64,000 nucleotides of DNA, from the NCBI GenBank assembly GCA_043228905.1, contig JBHGNT010000006.1:7564001-7628000 (forward strand). The letters are read 5' to 3'. The position numbers and the translations under genes are program-made. Source of the stretch: Azolla caroliniana (lineage: Eukaryota; Plantae; Polypodiophyta). Of this stretch, positions 36,338 through 50,000 are shown piece by piece; the stretch's first letter is position 1; each line of letters starts with the position of its first letter. The notes under the pieces were generated by a model. That model was not told the DNA's origin. It saw only the letters and a list, made by a program, of their open reading frames with translations, and made no database searches.

Positions 36338-39300
36338 AAATCTCTTTGTAAGTTCACTCCAGTCATCGTTTTCTACGTTCTAGAGCTCGTTGGAAAGCTC
36401 TTTCAGAGAGATTTCTAAAGAATGTTCATTTATTGAATTCCGTTACCGTGGCGAGAAGTTATGAGCATTTTCATCCGTAGCCATATTTGCCTCACGGTTC
36501 CTTAAACGCAAGGTAGATTTTGAAGCCCTAAATCGAGTGAAAGGTACATTCTCTCTCCTTCCCTCTCTGTCTCTCTCTTCCCATAGGGTTTATCCCTACA
36601 ATGGCAAATACTCGTAAAGCCGTCGCAAAGTTCGGGGGTATGATTGATAATGAGCCGAAATCACCAACAAATCTCGATTCCAATGCAATGGACAAAATGC
36701 TTATGATTCACTTGATTTCTCTTGAAGAAACCATAAACAAGCAAGGTGAAGAGATTGGGACGTTAATGAAAGAGAATGCTAAGATCCAAAGTGTTGTCAT
36801 TGAGAATGAAAGTCTTAAACAAGTGGTTGCAAAACTTCAAGAAGAGATTCAGGAATGTAAAAGAGCTTCTTTCGAAACAAATGAGCACCTTAACAAGATT
36901 GAGTTAAAGGAAGCATTAAAAGAAGAAAAATTGGACATGATGAGGCGGGATGTAAGTGAGATGAAAAATGTATGTACAACGAAGTCATGGGCCGATGTAT
37001 GTGGTGGGGATGTGTTATCAAAATCATCTAATATGCATGTGATGCATCAAGAGAAGAATATAGAAAGCATAGATGTCCAAGAATTGAAAGAACGTGAACG
37101 ACGATCAAAGAACATTGTCGTCCGTGGGATTAAAGAAGAGAGTATGGAAAACACCCGCATCCCTTGGAAAGGCCATTGGTGAATTTTTTAACATGCATTA
37201 TGGGATGTCATATGTGAATGTATATGGGGCACACCGAGTTGGGAAACATGGTGTTACTCGCTCCGGAGAAAGGCCTATTGTATGCACAATGACAGATGAT
37301 ACAAAGCGGCGGATCATTCTCGAAAATAGTTGGGTATACCTCAAAGGTACGCAATGCTTTGTGAGTGGAGATCGTACTATCTCACAACAAAATGCTCGCC
37401 ATAAAGCATATGAAGAAAGATTGAAAAATAAGGTTAAGGATGTGCCTAAAGATGGAAATGTAGGCAAATAGGGACACGTGATCTATGAGACTAACCCACA
37501 CCTTTTACGACTATGCTTTTGGAATTGCAATGGATACCCATGGAATGTTGGATTTGGCATAGAGGAGTTCACCGATGACTCGGATATCACACTTCTTGTT
37601 GAAACATGGGAGCATGATACTCAAAGGATTCAAGGTTTAGGAAACTATAATGTACACTCTTTCATATGGAAGAAAAATCCAAGACAAAGAAGAGGACAAG
37701 GAGGGGGTGGCATGTTTGATTAAGAAGGAAATAGAGAAATATGTGTCAATCATAAAAAATGATGAAAATAAATGCTACATATGGCTCAAAATAGAAACAC
37801 CTAAGGATTTGCCCACTTTTGTAGTTGGATGTTACATTCCTCATCAAGATTCTAACTTTTATGCTTGTTTGGATAAAGATAAACCGATTGCCAATCTAGA
37901 AGATGATATTGCTTATTTCAAATCCAAAGGGGAAGTTATTGTCTTTGGTGACATGAATGCTCGTACAAGAAGTTTCCAACTTGATTCACAAGAATCTTTC
38001 ATGCCACATATCTCAAGGATGCAAGAGGATATACAAATGTATAGCCGCTCTTCTAGCGATGAAAAAGATCCGGACCAATTTGGGAAGTTACTCCTACAAA
38101 TGTGCAATAGTACCGAATTACTTATTGCAAATGGTATTTCGTTATGGCCCAACACTAATGGTTTTACATGTAGAAAACACACGGAAATAGTGTGATTGAC
38201 TATGTGCTACTTTCCGAGGGTATTTTGGATCGTATACATAAATTCTCACTTAGTGAATGGACACCAGAATCCGATCATAGGTCTTTATGTATTGATCTCA
38301 AATGTATGCATAAGTTTGATTGTGAGAAGGTTATTGAAGATAATAAACAGCCGCACTTGAGCATGAACCTTAAGCGAGCACCCATGTATTCCAAGATGGT
38401 TGAGGATATGTTACAAATGACAAAGATACAACATGGTGCCACACTAGAATGCAAATGGGAAGCTTTCAAGAAAGTCATTCTCTCTTGTACAAACAAATGT
38501 TTTTCGACCAACCACACATCTTGGAAATGCACCAAGAAACTTAGGAAAAAATGGTTTGATAAAGAATGTCGTGAAGTTCGAAAGTGCCTTATGGTTTTGG
38601 ATGTAGTTAAGGATAAAGAGAATTACCAAAAGCATTTGCATGAGTATAAAAGGCTTATTCAAAGAAAGAGAAGAATATGGGAAGTTACTCAACAATTTAT
38701 CCAAACACAAGAGAAAGCACATGCATGTGCTAAATTTTGGGGAAATCTAAGGGGGAAACGTGTTGAGAGTTATGGTAACTTAACTCTTCACGACTAGTCT
38801 ATGCATTGTAAGAATTTATATGAGTTATCTCTTGCCGGAAAGATGATGTGTTATGGTTCTCTTTCACATATGCCTCCCTTCTTTACAATTGAAGATATAT
38901 GCATAGGACTTAAGAAATTGGCCTCTTGAAAGGCAAGCGATCTTCAATGTATAAAGGCTAAAATGCTCAAATGGACGAGAAAGGAAGCACATATATGGAT
39001 AAGCGATATGTTTAATGATGCATTGCAACATGGTATGCCGTATGATTGGAATACAAATTGGATCAAACCTTTACATAAAGGTGGAGATATAAATAATGTA
39101 AACAACTATCGAACCATCATGGTTGGCTCATTAATGGCAAAACTATTTGGATGTATAATGGAATCAAAGATAAGTGTATGGGCTGAAAAAAGTGGTAAGA
39201 GAGCTTATGGACAAGCTGGCTTTCGGAAACACCATAACATCATTGATCACCTTATCACCCTTTGAGTATTAATGGAGGAAAGTCGCCTTAGAGGTAAAGG

Positions 39301-40945
39301 TTTATATTGTTGCTTTGTAGACTTCAATAAAGCTTTTGATATGGTACCTCGTGAGCGTCTTTGGAGGCGAATGGAAGAACTTGAGGTGCCATGTGAATAT
39401 ATGCTTGCAATTTCCCGAATTTATGAGAAGGTTATATGTTGTGTGCGCATGAGAGATAAACTTTCAGATTTTTTCAAAAGCACTATTGGTGTTAAGCAAG
39501 GATGCCCACTCTCACCAACATTATTTGGTCTATGCATTGATAAATTGGAAGAAATGGTTACCAAGTTTGCAAAGGAAGAATGTGTTGAAGAAGTTACCAT
39601 TGGGAATGTTGTGATTATGCTTTTGCTATATGCAGATGATGTAGTGCTTTTTGCAAATACTTTAGGAGATGCACAAAAGCTTATCAAGGCATTGGAAAAA
39701 TTTTGCATGCATACTAAATTAAGTGTCAATAGCTCTAAAACAAAGATTATGCTTGTGAAGAGCCAAAAAAGAGAAAAACCATGCATTATGTACACCAATG
39801 AGCCACTTGAATGTGTGGAAAGCTTCAAATATCTTGGCCTTGAAGTTCCTTCAAATCATAGATGGAATGAATGTGCTACACGCCGCTTAGAGGCGGGTAA
39901 GCGAGCATACTATGCATTTGAGAACACATGCAATCTTGGAGATTTTAAGTGTTGGGTCCTCAAGAAATATCTTTTCGATACTTTGGTGACACTGGTTCTT
40001 CTCTATGGGGTGGAAGTATGGGGCGGTAGCATCCCTAAATCTATGTGGAAAGAGTTTGAAAATGTCCAAAAACATTTTCTTACAAAGTTTCTACAAGTTA
40101 AGAAACAAACGCCCTACACCCTCCTCCTCCTTGAGACGAGATCGCTTCCCAATGAGATCATGGTCATGGAAAGGGTTGTTGAATACATGCTTAAGGTTCA
40201 AAGAAGTCCCTCACATCGACTTTCTAGAATTGCGTGGGAATCAAGGAAAAAGATCCAAAAGACGCATAAAAGCAAAATTTTGTGTTCCGGTTGGATGCAA
40301 GATATAGAAAAATGGTTTGGTAGATGGGATGCGAGACACTTGTTTCATGATGCATCATTATATTCCTTTGTAAATGAGGCCTTTTTGCAATGCCAATGTA
40401 TCATAACATGGGACAAATGTGGAGGCTCGCGCTTCACACATTATACTACACATGTTGCACCTAACTACAAAACTATATTCTTTGCGGAACGGGGAAATCG
40501 TACAAATCGATACATGTTAGAGCCCATACCGTTATCTGCCATTCGAACCATTGCTTCCATGCGACTAAGCTTACATGCATTGCAATGTGAAACAGGGCGT
40601 TGGGGCACAACTGATGAGAGTGGTTGACTATGCACACTTTGCCCTAAGCAAGCTCACGAGTCTGAGTATCACACTTTGATACAATGCTCTGCCTTTGATC
40701 ATATTCGACTATGCTTTCCACATCTCTTCGACCAAGCCCAATCTTTGCATGAATTCCTCTCACAACCACAATGTGCACTCTCGATTGCAACATTCATTGG
40801 TAAAGTTCTTGAACATCGAGAGTCACTACTCACTTTCACACGTATCACGTGAAATGTAATATTTTTGGTCTCATAGGTCATATTTGACCTCCAAAGACGA
40901 TAATATAATCTATCTATCTATCTATCTATTTATCTATGATCTATC
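36335..40945 (+). mobile_element. RTEX-type LINE 2, near full length: ORF1 36601-37471 (one frameshift), ORF2 ~37478-40852 (stops and frameshifts), (TATC)n tail
   Basis: ORF1 coiled coil plus ERERRSKNIVVRGIKE; ORF2 WNCNG, GDMNART, ESDH, QAGFR, KAFD, GVKQGCPLSP, LLYADD, LHALQCETGRW; 3' stem-loop 40868-40898. Confidence 0.9.
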
Positions 40946-43900
40946 TCTCTCTGTTTTGCCTTACATGCATACACACACACACACACACGCACACACACGC
41001 ACGCACGCACGCACGCACACACTCAATCATCTTCTGCTGCATTACACCACCAGCTCCATTTATTTACATGGTATCAAAGTGTGTGGTTGCTTAATCGAAT
41101 CTATTCAACTGTGTTGTGTTCCACGCCGACAATCACAGAACCGGCTCATCAACAGAGTAGAAATCGACATAATGAACACTCAGATGGGAATCGCTCTTCC
41201 TACTGAGAAGCTTGACAGAACGAATTTCGCATCTTGGGAATACAAGATGCATCAATACCTTGTTGGACAAGGTTATTGGAGCTACATTGAAGGAGCTCAC
41301 GAAACTCAACCCAACCCAACACACGCTGACTATACCGCTTGGGAGCAAGCCGCAAGCCGTGTGTTGTATTGCCTTGCATCATGTGTTCATGATCATATGC
41401 TTGGCTATATTCGAGATTCGAAAACAACGAAAGAAGCTTGGGGAAATCTCAAGAAGATTTTTGCAGCCAACACAGCTGCACGAAAGCTCCAACTTTGACA
41501 GGAGCTAAACAACATGCAACAGAGGGACATGTCGATCACAAGCTATACCTTAAAGATCAAGGAGCTATGTGATGCCCTCAGATCGATTAATGTCATAATC
41601 GACAATGACGAGATGGTGCAAATATGCCTCGGCGGCTTAGCACCCCAATTTGGCTTGATTAGATCGGCCATCCTTGCAAGGGAGAACCCTCCTTCATTTT
41701 TCGATGTCCAATCAATATTGTTGGTTGAGGAAAATCACGCCCGACAAAGGAGCAACGCACCAGAGGATCATATGCTCTACTCCCAGTCGGATGATAGAAG
41801 AAATTTTGGCCGTGGAAATAGAGGTCGATTTGAACAAGGTCGTAATGGTCTGCAAACTCAAGAGCGTAACCCCCACCAATGGCAAACGGATAGGGACGGT
41901 CCTAGAGAGTTTGGCAGAAGGGGGAATCATCACGCCGGACCGAGCAATCGTAACAACCCGATTGAATGCAGCTATTGTGGAAAACATGACCACTATGAAG
42001 AGGAGTACCGGAAAAAGGTACAAGACTCGGCTTCAACTAGCCGACAACTCACAAACTATGCATCAAACTCTGACTACGACAATCGTAGCGGAATGTTTAC
42101 AAAGCACGCCACGAACTCTGACTACGGCGACTGTGGCACGAAGCATACTCGATGTCAACACAGGCTTCAACTAGCGCCTCCGCCTAAAATAGGATATGGG
42201 TTGTTGACTCGGGAGCATCCAACCACATGATGTCTCATGAAGTTTGGTTTCGGGAATTATGAAAACCCGAACGACCACCCGGATATGTCGAGACAGGCGA
42301 TGACATGATGCATCCAATACAACATAGAGAGAACGTCCCATTCGGAAACAATGGCAAACAAACCTACCTCAAGAACGTACTGCATGTCCCTACCATCACG
42401 AAAAACTTGGTCTCGGTCGGCCATATTGTTGAACAAGGAATGCAGGTATGATTCAATAATAACGAGTACTTTATCAAAAGAGGAGTTCAAGTCGTAGCTC
42501 ACGGCCGTCGTGAAGGCCGTATGTTTGTCCTCGAATCGAACGAGGTAAAATCAGCCATGTTTGCAAAGGGCCTCAAAGTCGAAACCGACCTAAACTTGTG
42601 GCACAAGAGAATTGATCACATCAATGTCCAGAAGCTTCAGAACATGCAGTCAAAAGGAGTCGTAATCAGACTCCCGAACTTTACCGTGAAGGAGATTACG
42701 AGCGTATGCGTAGCGTGCCAGTTCGGAAAGCAACGCCGACATCCATTCCCGAAAGAGCGGAATGTGAGCAAAAGGATCCTGGATGTCGTATATTCAGATG
42801 TATGGAGACCGGCCTAGATAAGCACACTTGGCGGATGCCGATATTACGTTACGTTCATCGACGACTTCTCTAGGCACACCTGGATCTACCCGATGCAACA
42901 AAAGAGCCAAGTGTTCGGACACTTCCAGACGTTCAAGGCCGAAGTGGAAAAAACTACGGGTCGGCACATATGCTGCCTTCAATCGGATGGAGGCAAAGAA
43001 TACTTTCCTTATGAGTTTACGACGTATCTCCGAAAGGAAGGAATCCGACAAGAATTCTCATGTTGTCACACACCTCAGCAGAACGGCGTAGTTGAGCGTT
43101 AAAACCGGCACATAGTAGAAGTCGCACGAGCTATGATGAATGAGAAGAACCTGCCAAAATCGTACTGGGCAGAAGCGATGAACACAGCTGTATACCTCAT
43201 GAATAGGTGCACAACCTCAGGAGTACACGACGTAACTCTTCATGAGAAGTTCTTTGGAAAGAAGCCGGACTTATCACATGCCCGCATTTTCGGTTCTATC
43301 GCCTACATACATATTCCCGACGATGCACGACAAAAGCTCGACCCGAAGTCGGACAAATGTATCCTCGTAGGATACTCACTCGAACAAAAGGGGTACAAAT
43401 GCTACAACCCATCTACCTGAAAAGCTCGAACAAGTCAAGACGTAGTCTTCGACGAGTCCACATCCTGGTACGCACCAGAAATAACTTCGACTCAGACTCC
43501 ACTCAACCCAGAATCAGCCGAAATGGAGATAGAAGATGAAGATCGGCTCATGCGCATGTTTGAAGAAAGCCCGATTACGACATGGCTTAGTGGACCACGG
43601 GAGCCCCCGAGTGACCAAAAAGCACATTACGACCGAGTCCGAAACTCGGCAAAGGGAAGGCCAAGATGTTCGAATACGAAGATCCAATAGACAACGCGTC
43701 AACTCACCCCCTCGACAGTGAGTTCGAAGGCTTGGACATCCCTATCATCCGGACAGATGGAGCGAAGAAAGCCTTAGTATAAGCAAACGAGAAGCTCCAC
43801 CAATCGACCCATGAAAAGAACCCTGTAAGCCGCTTCGGCTACAACGATTATATGGCGTACCATTATGAAGAGAATAACGCAGAATATTGCTCAGCCACAA

Positions 43901-44056
43901 CCGAGTCTTGAACACTTCTCTAAGAATGAAACACAGAAATGGGAAGTGGAGAGCACACAAAGGAAATACACAAGATGTTTACGTGGAAAACCCTAAATGG
44001 GAAAAACCACGGGAGCCCACGGACTCCAACTATCACTATAGGAGAAAGGTACAATT

Positions 44057-47000
44057 TGTCCTGATATAGCAAGACTCGAACCCATGACCTTAGGTTATAT
44101 GGGTCGAGCTCTTGACCATTATATCATCTATTGTAATACGTAGGATATTATTTTCATTTACATTTTATTATAGGAAATTAATGTATATTCCAGATTTCTC
44201 TGGAACATTCTAGAAGCTTCAGGATTACTCCTGAGAACACTATAAAAGAGGGCACTAGGCATTATGTTGAACCAAATTGGTTCAACGCCAGTCTTTAGCC
44301 TCATAGCCCTTTTGTACTTACTCTTCTTATGATATATAATCTGTTATCATCCTCTCTCTCTCTCTCTCATCCTCTCTCTCTCTCTCTCTCATCCTCTCTC
44401 TCGTCCTCACTATATCTCTCTCTCCTCTTCTCTCTTCCTCTCTCAGGAGTGTTACGCAGTCCCGTCCTCTTAGTACTAATAGTACTTCCCTTCTCTAGTA
44501 CTAATTCTCTCTTTGTTTAGTACTAATCCTCTCTCTGTTCAGTACTATTCCTGGCAGTTTGAACCAATTTTCCCTTCTGTCTCTCCCTTCATACTAATCT
44601 CTTATTCCTCTTTTCTTTACATCCCATGGCCACAGTTAGCGCTCAGGAATGTCAATCTGTTTTCTCGGAGTTTCAATGCTTGAAAGAGAAGTTCCTTGCT
44701 TTGGAACAAGAAAATCAACGGTTGCTGGGGGATCTTCAACAAATCTCCTTAGAAAAGCAGCAAACGCAACAACAACATGGGGAACTTGCATTACGCGTGC
44801 AACAACTCGAAGCAACCATCGTAGCGATGCAACAACAAGGCCCCGGAACACAAGGGATTCATAAGGAACCCAAGATTGGCCTTCCCACGAAGTTCGATGG
44901 AACACGATCGCAGTTTAGAGGGTTCCTTAATCAGGTACGATTAGTTATTCAAATGTAAAGAAATATGAGAAAGCACATTTGTTCAGTAATATACATTGGT
45001 AGGAGGGAGAAAAATACAGAGATCTCTCCTATTTACATGAGGAGAAAGTCCCTCTTTATAAAGGCCAAGATCTAGTCGTTGGGCTAACTAGCTGTTGAAA
45101 CTAACTAGTCGTTGGGCTAGCCGTTATAACTTTTAAACATTCTCAACAATCCCCCTCAAGATGGGCGAAAAATATCCACTAAGCCCATCTTGTCACACAA
45201 TCTAGTAAGACTTATTGGCCCAAGTCCCTTTGTAAGACAATCTGCTACTTGATGTTCAATAGAAACATGACTCAATTTTAATATTCCATTATCAAGCATT
45301 TCCTTGATAAAGAACCTGTCGATTTCGATGTGTTTGGTCCTATCGTGCTGTACTGGATTGTTGGCAATGCTGATTGCTGGCTTATTGTCATACCACAACA
45401 TCATCTGATTTTCTTGATTCCCCTTTAGTTCTACTAGGAGAGTTCGCAGCCATAACATCTCCGCAACTCCTATAGCAATAGCTCTATACTCTGCTTCGGC
45501 TGTTGACCTTGCTACTACTAACTGTTTCTTACTCTTCCAAGAGACCAGATTGCCTCCAACAAACATGCAGTATCTTGATGTGGATTTCCTATCATCAGCA
45601 CAACTGGCCCAATCCGAATCCCAATAGCCCTCAATGTTAAAATGACCATGTTTTCTGAAGATTAATCCCTTCCCTGGGACACCTTTGAGATATCTCAGAA
45701 TATGATACACTGCATCCATATGATCTTTCCTCGGATCATGCATGTAGCGACTTACCACACTTACTGCAAATGAGATATCTGGACGGGTGTGGGTCAAATA
45801 AATCAGCCGACCTACCAATCTTTGATACCTTTCACGATCAACTTTCTCTCCCGCAAGTTCAGTTAGCTTGATCTTTTGGTCGATTGGAGAAGCTACAAGC
45901 CTACAACCCAACATTCCAGTTTCTTTGAGAAGATCTAGTACATATTTCCGTTGAGATAGAACAACTCCTTCTGCTCCACGAGCTACCTCAATTCCAATAA
46001 AGTATGGTGCAATCCTAGATCCTTCACCTCAAACTCTTTACCCAATTGCATCTTCAGTTGGGCAATTTCTCCTTCATCGTTACCCGTGATAATTATATCA
46101 TCCACATACACAGCAAGCAATGCAGTATGCTCCTTGTGTTGTCGAAAGAACACTGTATGGTCTGCATTCGTCTGTTGGTATCCCATACCCACCATAGCCC
46201 TTCTTAACCTATCGAACCAGACTCGAGGCGATTGCTTCAGTCCATAAAGCGACTTCCTAAGTTTGCAAACCTTACCTATTGTTTGAATTGTACCGAAACC
46301 TGGGGGAACATCCATGTACACTTCCTCCATCAACTCTCCATGAAGGAATGCATTTTTTACATCTAATTGATGTAATTTCCAATCCTTATTCACTGCTAAG
46401 GAAATAAGTGTTCTAACAGTGCTCATCTTCGCCACAGGTGCAAAAGTCTCATCACAGTCAATGCCATATGTCTGACTATATCCTCTAGCCACCAATCGTG
46501 CCTTGTATCGATCTATTTTTCCCTCTGGGGTCTGTTTTATTGTAAACACCCATTTGCACCCAACCGCCTTCTTTCCTGGTGGTAGTGACACAATCTCCCA
46601 AGTTTTGTTCTTCTCAAGAGCTCCGAGTTCTTCTTGCATGGCTGCTTTCCATTTTGGATCTTCTTTAGCAACCTGCCAACACTTGGGTAAAGTGATAGAG
46701 TCTAATGATACAATGAATGCTCTATGTGTAGTTGATATGTTAGAATAAGAGATAAACTGAGCAATATCATGAGGAAAACCATAACGATCAGGAGGGACCC
46801 ATGCATTACTACGAGAGGTCGTCCTAATCTTGATAGGAGAAGGAGAGGAAATCATATCACCTGTTATTTCTAGGTTCGGGAGTTCTATAGGTATTTCAGA
46901 AGTCGAGGTAGGTCGGGATATGGAACTTGATGGCACATGTGGTGCTGAAGACGTGTTCAGATTTCTGTCTTTTTGCCTCCTCTTCCTTGTATACACCTTT

Positions 47001-50000
47001 AGCTCCCCCTCAGCTTGAGTCCCAACACATATAGGCTCCTCGTCTTCGTTTCCTTCTTCTTCCGTACCTCCTACTTTCATTTGTTTCTCAGCTGATGTAG
47101 GGATCAGCAAAGGAATTGATCCTATTTTTAGCAACCTCTCACAATTATCTCCTTCCCTTATATTTTCAGTTTGAATTAAGTCATCAAAGGGTGAAGTTAC
47201 CCCTTGTTTATAATATGGCTTTGACTCTCTAAAATGCACATCCATGCTCACAAATAATCTCATCTCTACTGGACTCCAATAAACATAGCCTTTTTGTGTG
47301 GCAGAGTATCCCACAAATACACATTTCACAGCTCTAGGATCAAGTTTTCCTACAGATGGTCTATTGTCCTTTACAAAACACACACATCTAAACACCTTCA
47401 AAGGAAGGATTCTAGAGTTATTGCCTTGCAACAACTCACATGGAGACTTCCACTCCAATACTCTAGAGGGCATTCTATTGATCAATGTGGCAGCCGTCAA
47501 AACTACCTGTCCCCACAACTGCTTTGGGACATTCATAGAAATCATCATGCTTCTCGTTACCTCTAGAAGATGTCTATTCTTCCTCTTTGTAACTCCATTT
47601 TGTTCTGGTGTATATGGGCATGTAGTTTGATGTTGTATTCCTTGATCTGAGAGGTATGCCCTAAATGTGATGTTAGCATACTCTGTTCCATTATCAGACC
47701 TCAACACTTTTACTACTGCACTATATTGAGTTTGAACTGCTCTATGAAAATCTTTAAAACAAGCAAATACTTCATTCTTTTTTCTCATCAAATATAACCA
47801 TGTCACATGAGAGAAGCAGTCAATGAAAGAGACAAAATATCGATATCCATTAATAGAACTTATGGGACATGGTCCCCAAACATCGGAGTGTATTACATCA
47901 AATGCATGGGAACTCCTATGACCTGAACTAGCATATGAACTTTTAGTAAGCTTACCAAATTCACATGCATGACAAACAAGTTTAGTTTTATCCGACTCAA
48001 AATGCCATAAGAAGCATGTCCCATGCGTTGGTGGTGAAGTATTAACAAGTCCTCATAACTCATTTTAGATCCCCTTACATCTATTCCCTCTACCATAGAT
48101 GCTAATGCTGAATCCGGCCCTCACCATCCAAATACCATAGTCCATTATGCCATGTGCCAGTCCCAAGTCTCCGACCTATCCCTTTCTCCTGGAATATCAC
48201 CTTAGGAATATCAAAAGAAACAACACATTTTAGTTGGTGTATGATAGAACTTATAGATAATAAGTTTACTGGGAAAGAAGGAGCATGCAACACATTAGAC
48301 AATGTCACAGAGTCGGTACATTTTACTGTACATATACCCACTACAGGTTGTGTAGTACCGTCAGCAATTTGAATGCTTTCTGGCATTGCTAAGTGAGTAT
48401 ACGAGGAGAATTCACTAGCATTACCCGTCATATGCCTAGATGCACCAGAATCAATTATCCATTCTGGTGCAGAGGCAAGAGTAATTGTGTTAGTACTTGT
48501 GGCCGAATAAGCATAGGTGGCAGTGTTACCTCTTGACATGAATGAAGTATCATCTGCGGCTCTTTGCTTCCTCCTAAGTATTTCTAAGAGAGCTTGATCC
48601 TCTTCGGTGAACACCACCTTAGTTCCTTCCTCTTCTTTTGCTACCATCAAGTTTGCTTGGTAACCTCCTCTTGCACCTCTTCGGCCCCCTCGACCATGAC
48701 CAGCTTCACCACAATTGTAGCATTTTCGATTTTCACTTCCGCTTGAATTGGACACCATTAGTGCCGATCGCACCCCTGGAAGTCTGGTAGTGTCAGAGAG
48801 CAGCTTCATTCTATTCTCCTCTTGTATCATAGTCGTGATTGGCTCATCAAGTGTAGGAATTTCAAGCTTGGCTAGAAGAACTTCCCTTCTTTGATCAAAT
48901 GACGGGTTGAGATGTTTCAAAAATTGCATAGTTCTTCTTTGAGCAGAAATTGCCTTGCTCTTACACTAAGGATCATTGCACACTGTCACAGGCGAGAAAT
49001 GATTGTATTCTGCCCATAGGTGCTCCAGCTCTATGGCATATTCCTGAATCATCCTATCTCCCTGGCAAACAACATCTATCTCCTGCTCAATTTGAAATAC
49101 TCTCATGTTGTTTCCCCTCCTTCCATAAGTCTTTTGCAATTTCTCCCATATCTCCTTCACACAAAATTCCATCAACTGTTGTGGCGATTGATGGAATCAT
49201 GGAGTTGAGAAGCCAGGTGTACAATGACATGTGGGTAGCTCTCCATGCTTTCCATTCATTGCTCGTTTTGATAGGAGGCTCTTTCTCTTCTCCCGTAATG
49301 TAGCCGTCAAGGCTTCTCCCTACCAAGGCACCTATAATCCGACGCGACCAGCTCAAGTATGTGGCTGGTCCATCGAGTTTGAACTCAACTGGGAGGAGTT
49401 CAAGTCGGGGTGGTGGTTGTATTCCTGTCACACCTCCAGATGCTACAATCTCAGCCTGTTTCATGTATTTCACCAATGTTTTCACCTCATCTTCGTTCAA
49501 TTTTGAGAACACATCATCCATCTTGTCAAGTTGGCCTATCTCTGCTTTCCTCTTCTGACTTTTTTCCCAAGTCACCTCTCAATCACATAGCAATGTCATC
49601 CCAAATGAAAAATAAAATAAAATCCCCCTTTCCTCTCTTGAATGCTAGCACAATGTTGTTCCAATCACTGTCATACCAGCAGAAGGGTAGATCTAGGGTT
49701 CTATAGAGGGTAGATCTAGGGTTCTGTAGAGGATAGATCTAGGGTTTTGCAGAGGGGCGGATCTATGCTCTGATACCATAAAGAAATATGAGAAAGCACA
49801 TTTGTTAAGTAATATACATTGGTAGGAGGGAGAAAAATACAGAGATCTCTCCTATTTACATGAGGAGAAAGTCCCTCTTTATAAAGGCCAAGATCTGGCC
49901 GTTGGGCTACCTAGCTGTTGAAACTAACTAGCCGTTATAACTTTTAAACATTCTCAACAAAATGCATCCTTCCCAATATCCTACCGATGCATCACGAGTG

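Larger units (their letters stand above)
32563..43865 (+). mobile_element. Copia element E (family of A): 5' LTR split by LINEs, gag-PR-IN present, 3' part missing
   Basis: LTR starts TGTTGAGAG at 32563 and ends TTTACA at 41068; PBS TGGTATCAAAGT; gag MNTQMGIALPTEKLDR from 41172; IN motifs to ~43420. Confidence 0.85.

Noticed and set aside
36380-36470. Palindromic GAAAGCTCTTTCAGAGAGATTTC in the LINE 2 5' UTR
   Set aside because: Single occurrence; no supportable function or family assignment
44057-44130. Functional tRNA gene
   Set aside because: Acceptor and T stems pair poorly; kept only as a tRNA-like module
49686-49765. About 23-bp direct repeats resembling a CRISPR array
   Set aside because: Adjacent tandem units without unique spacers, in a copia 5' UTR of a eukaryotic genome
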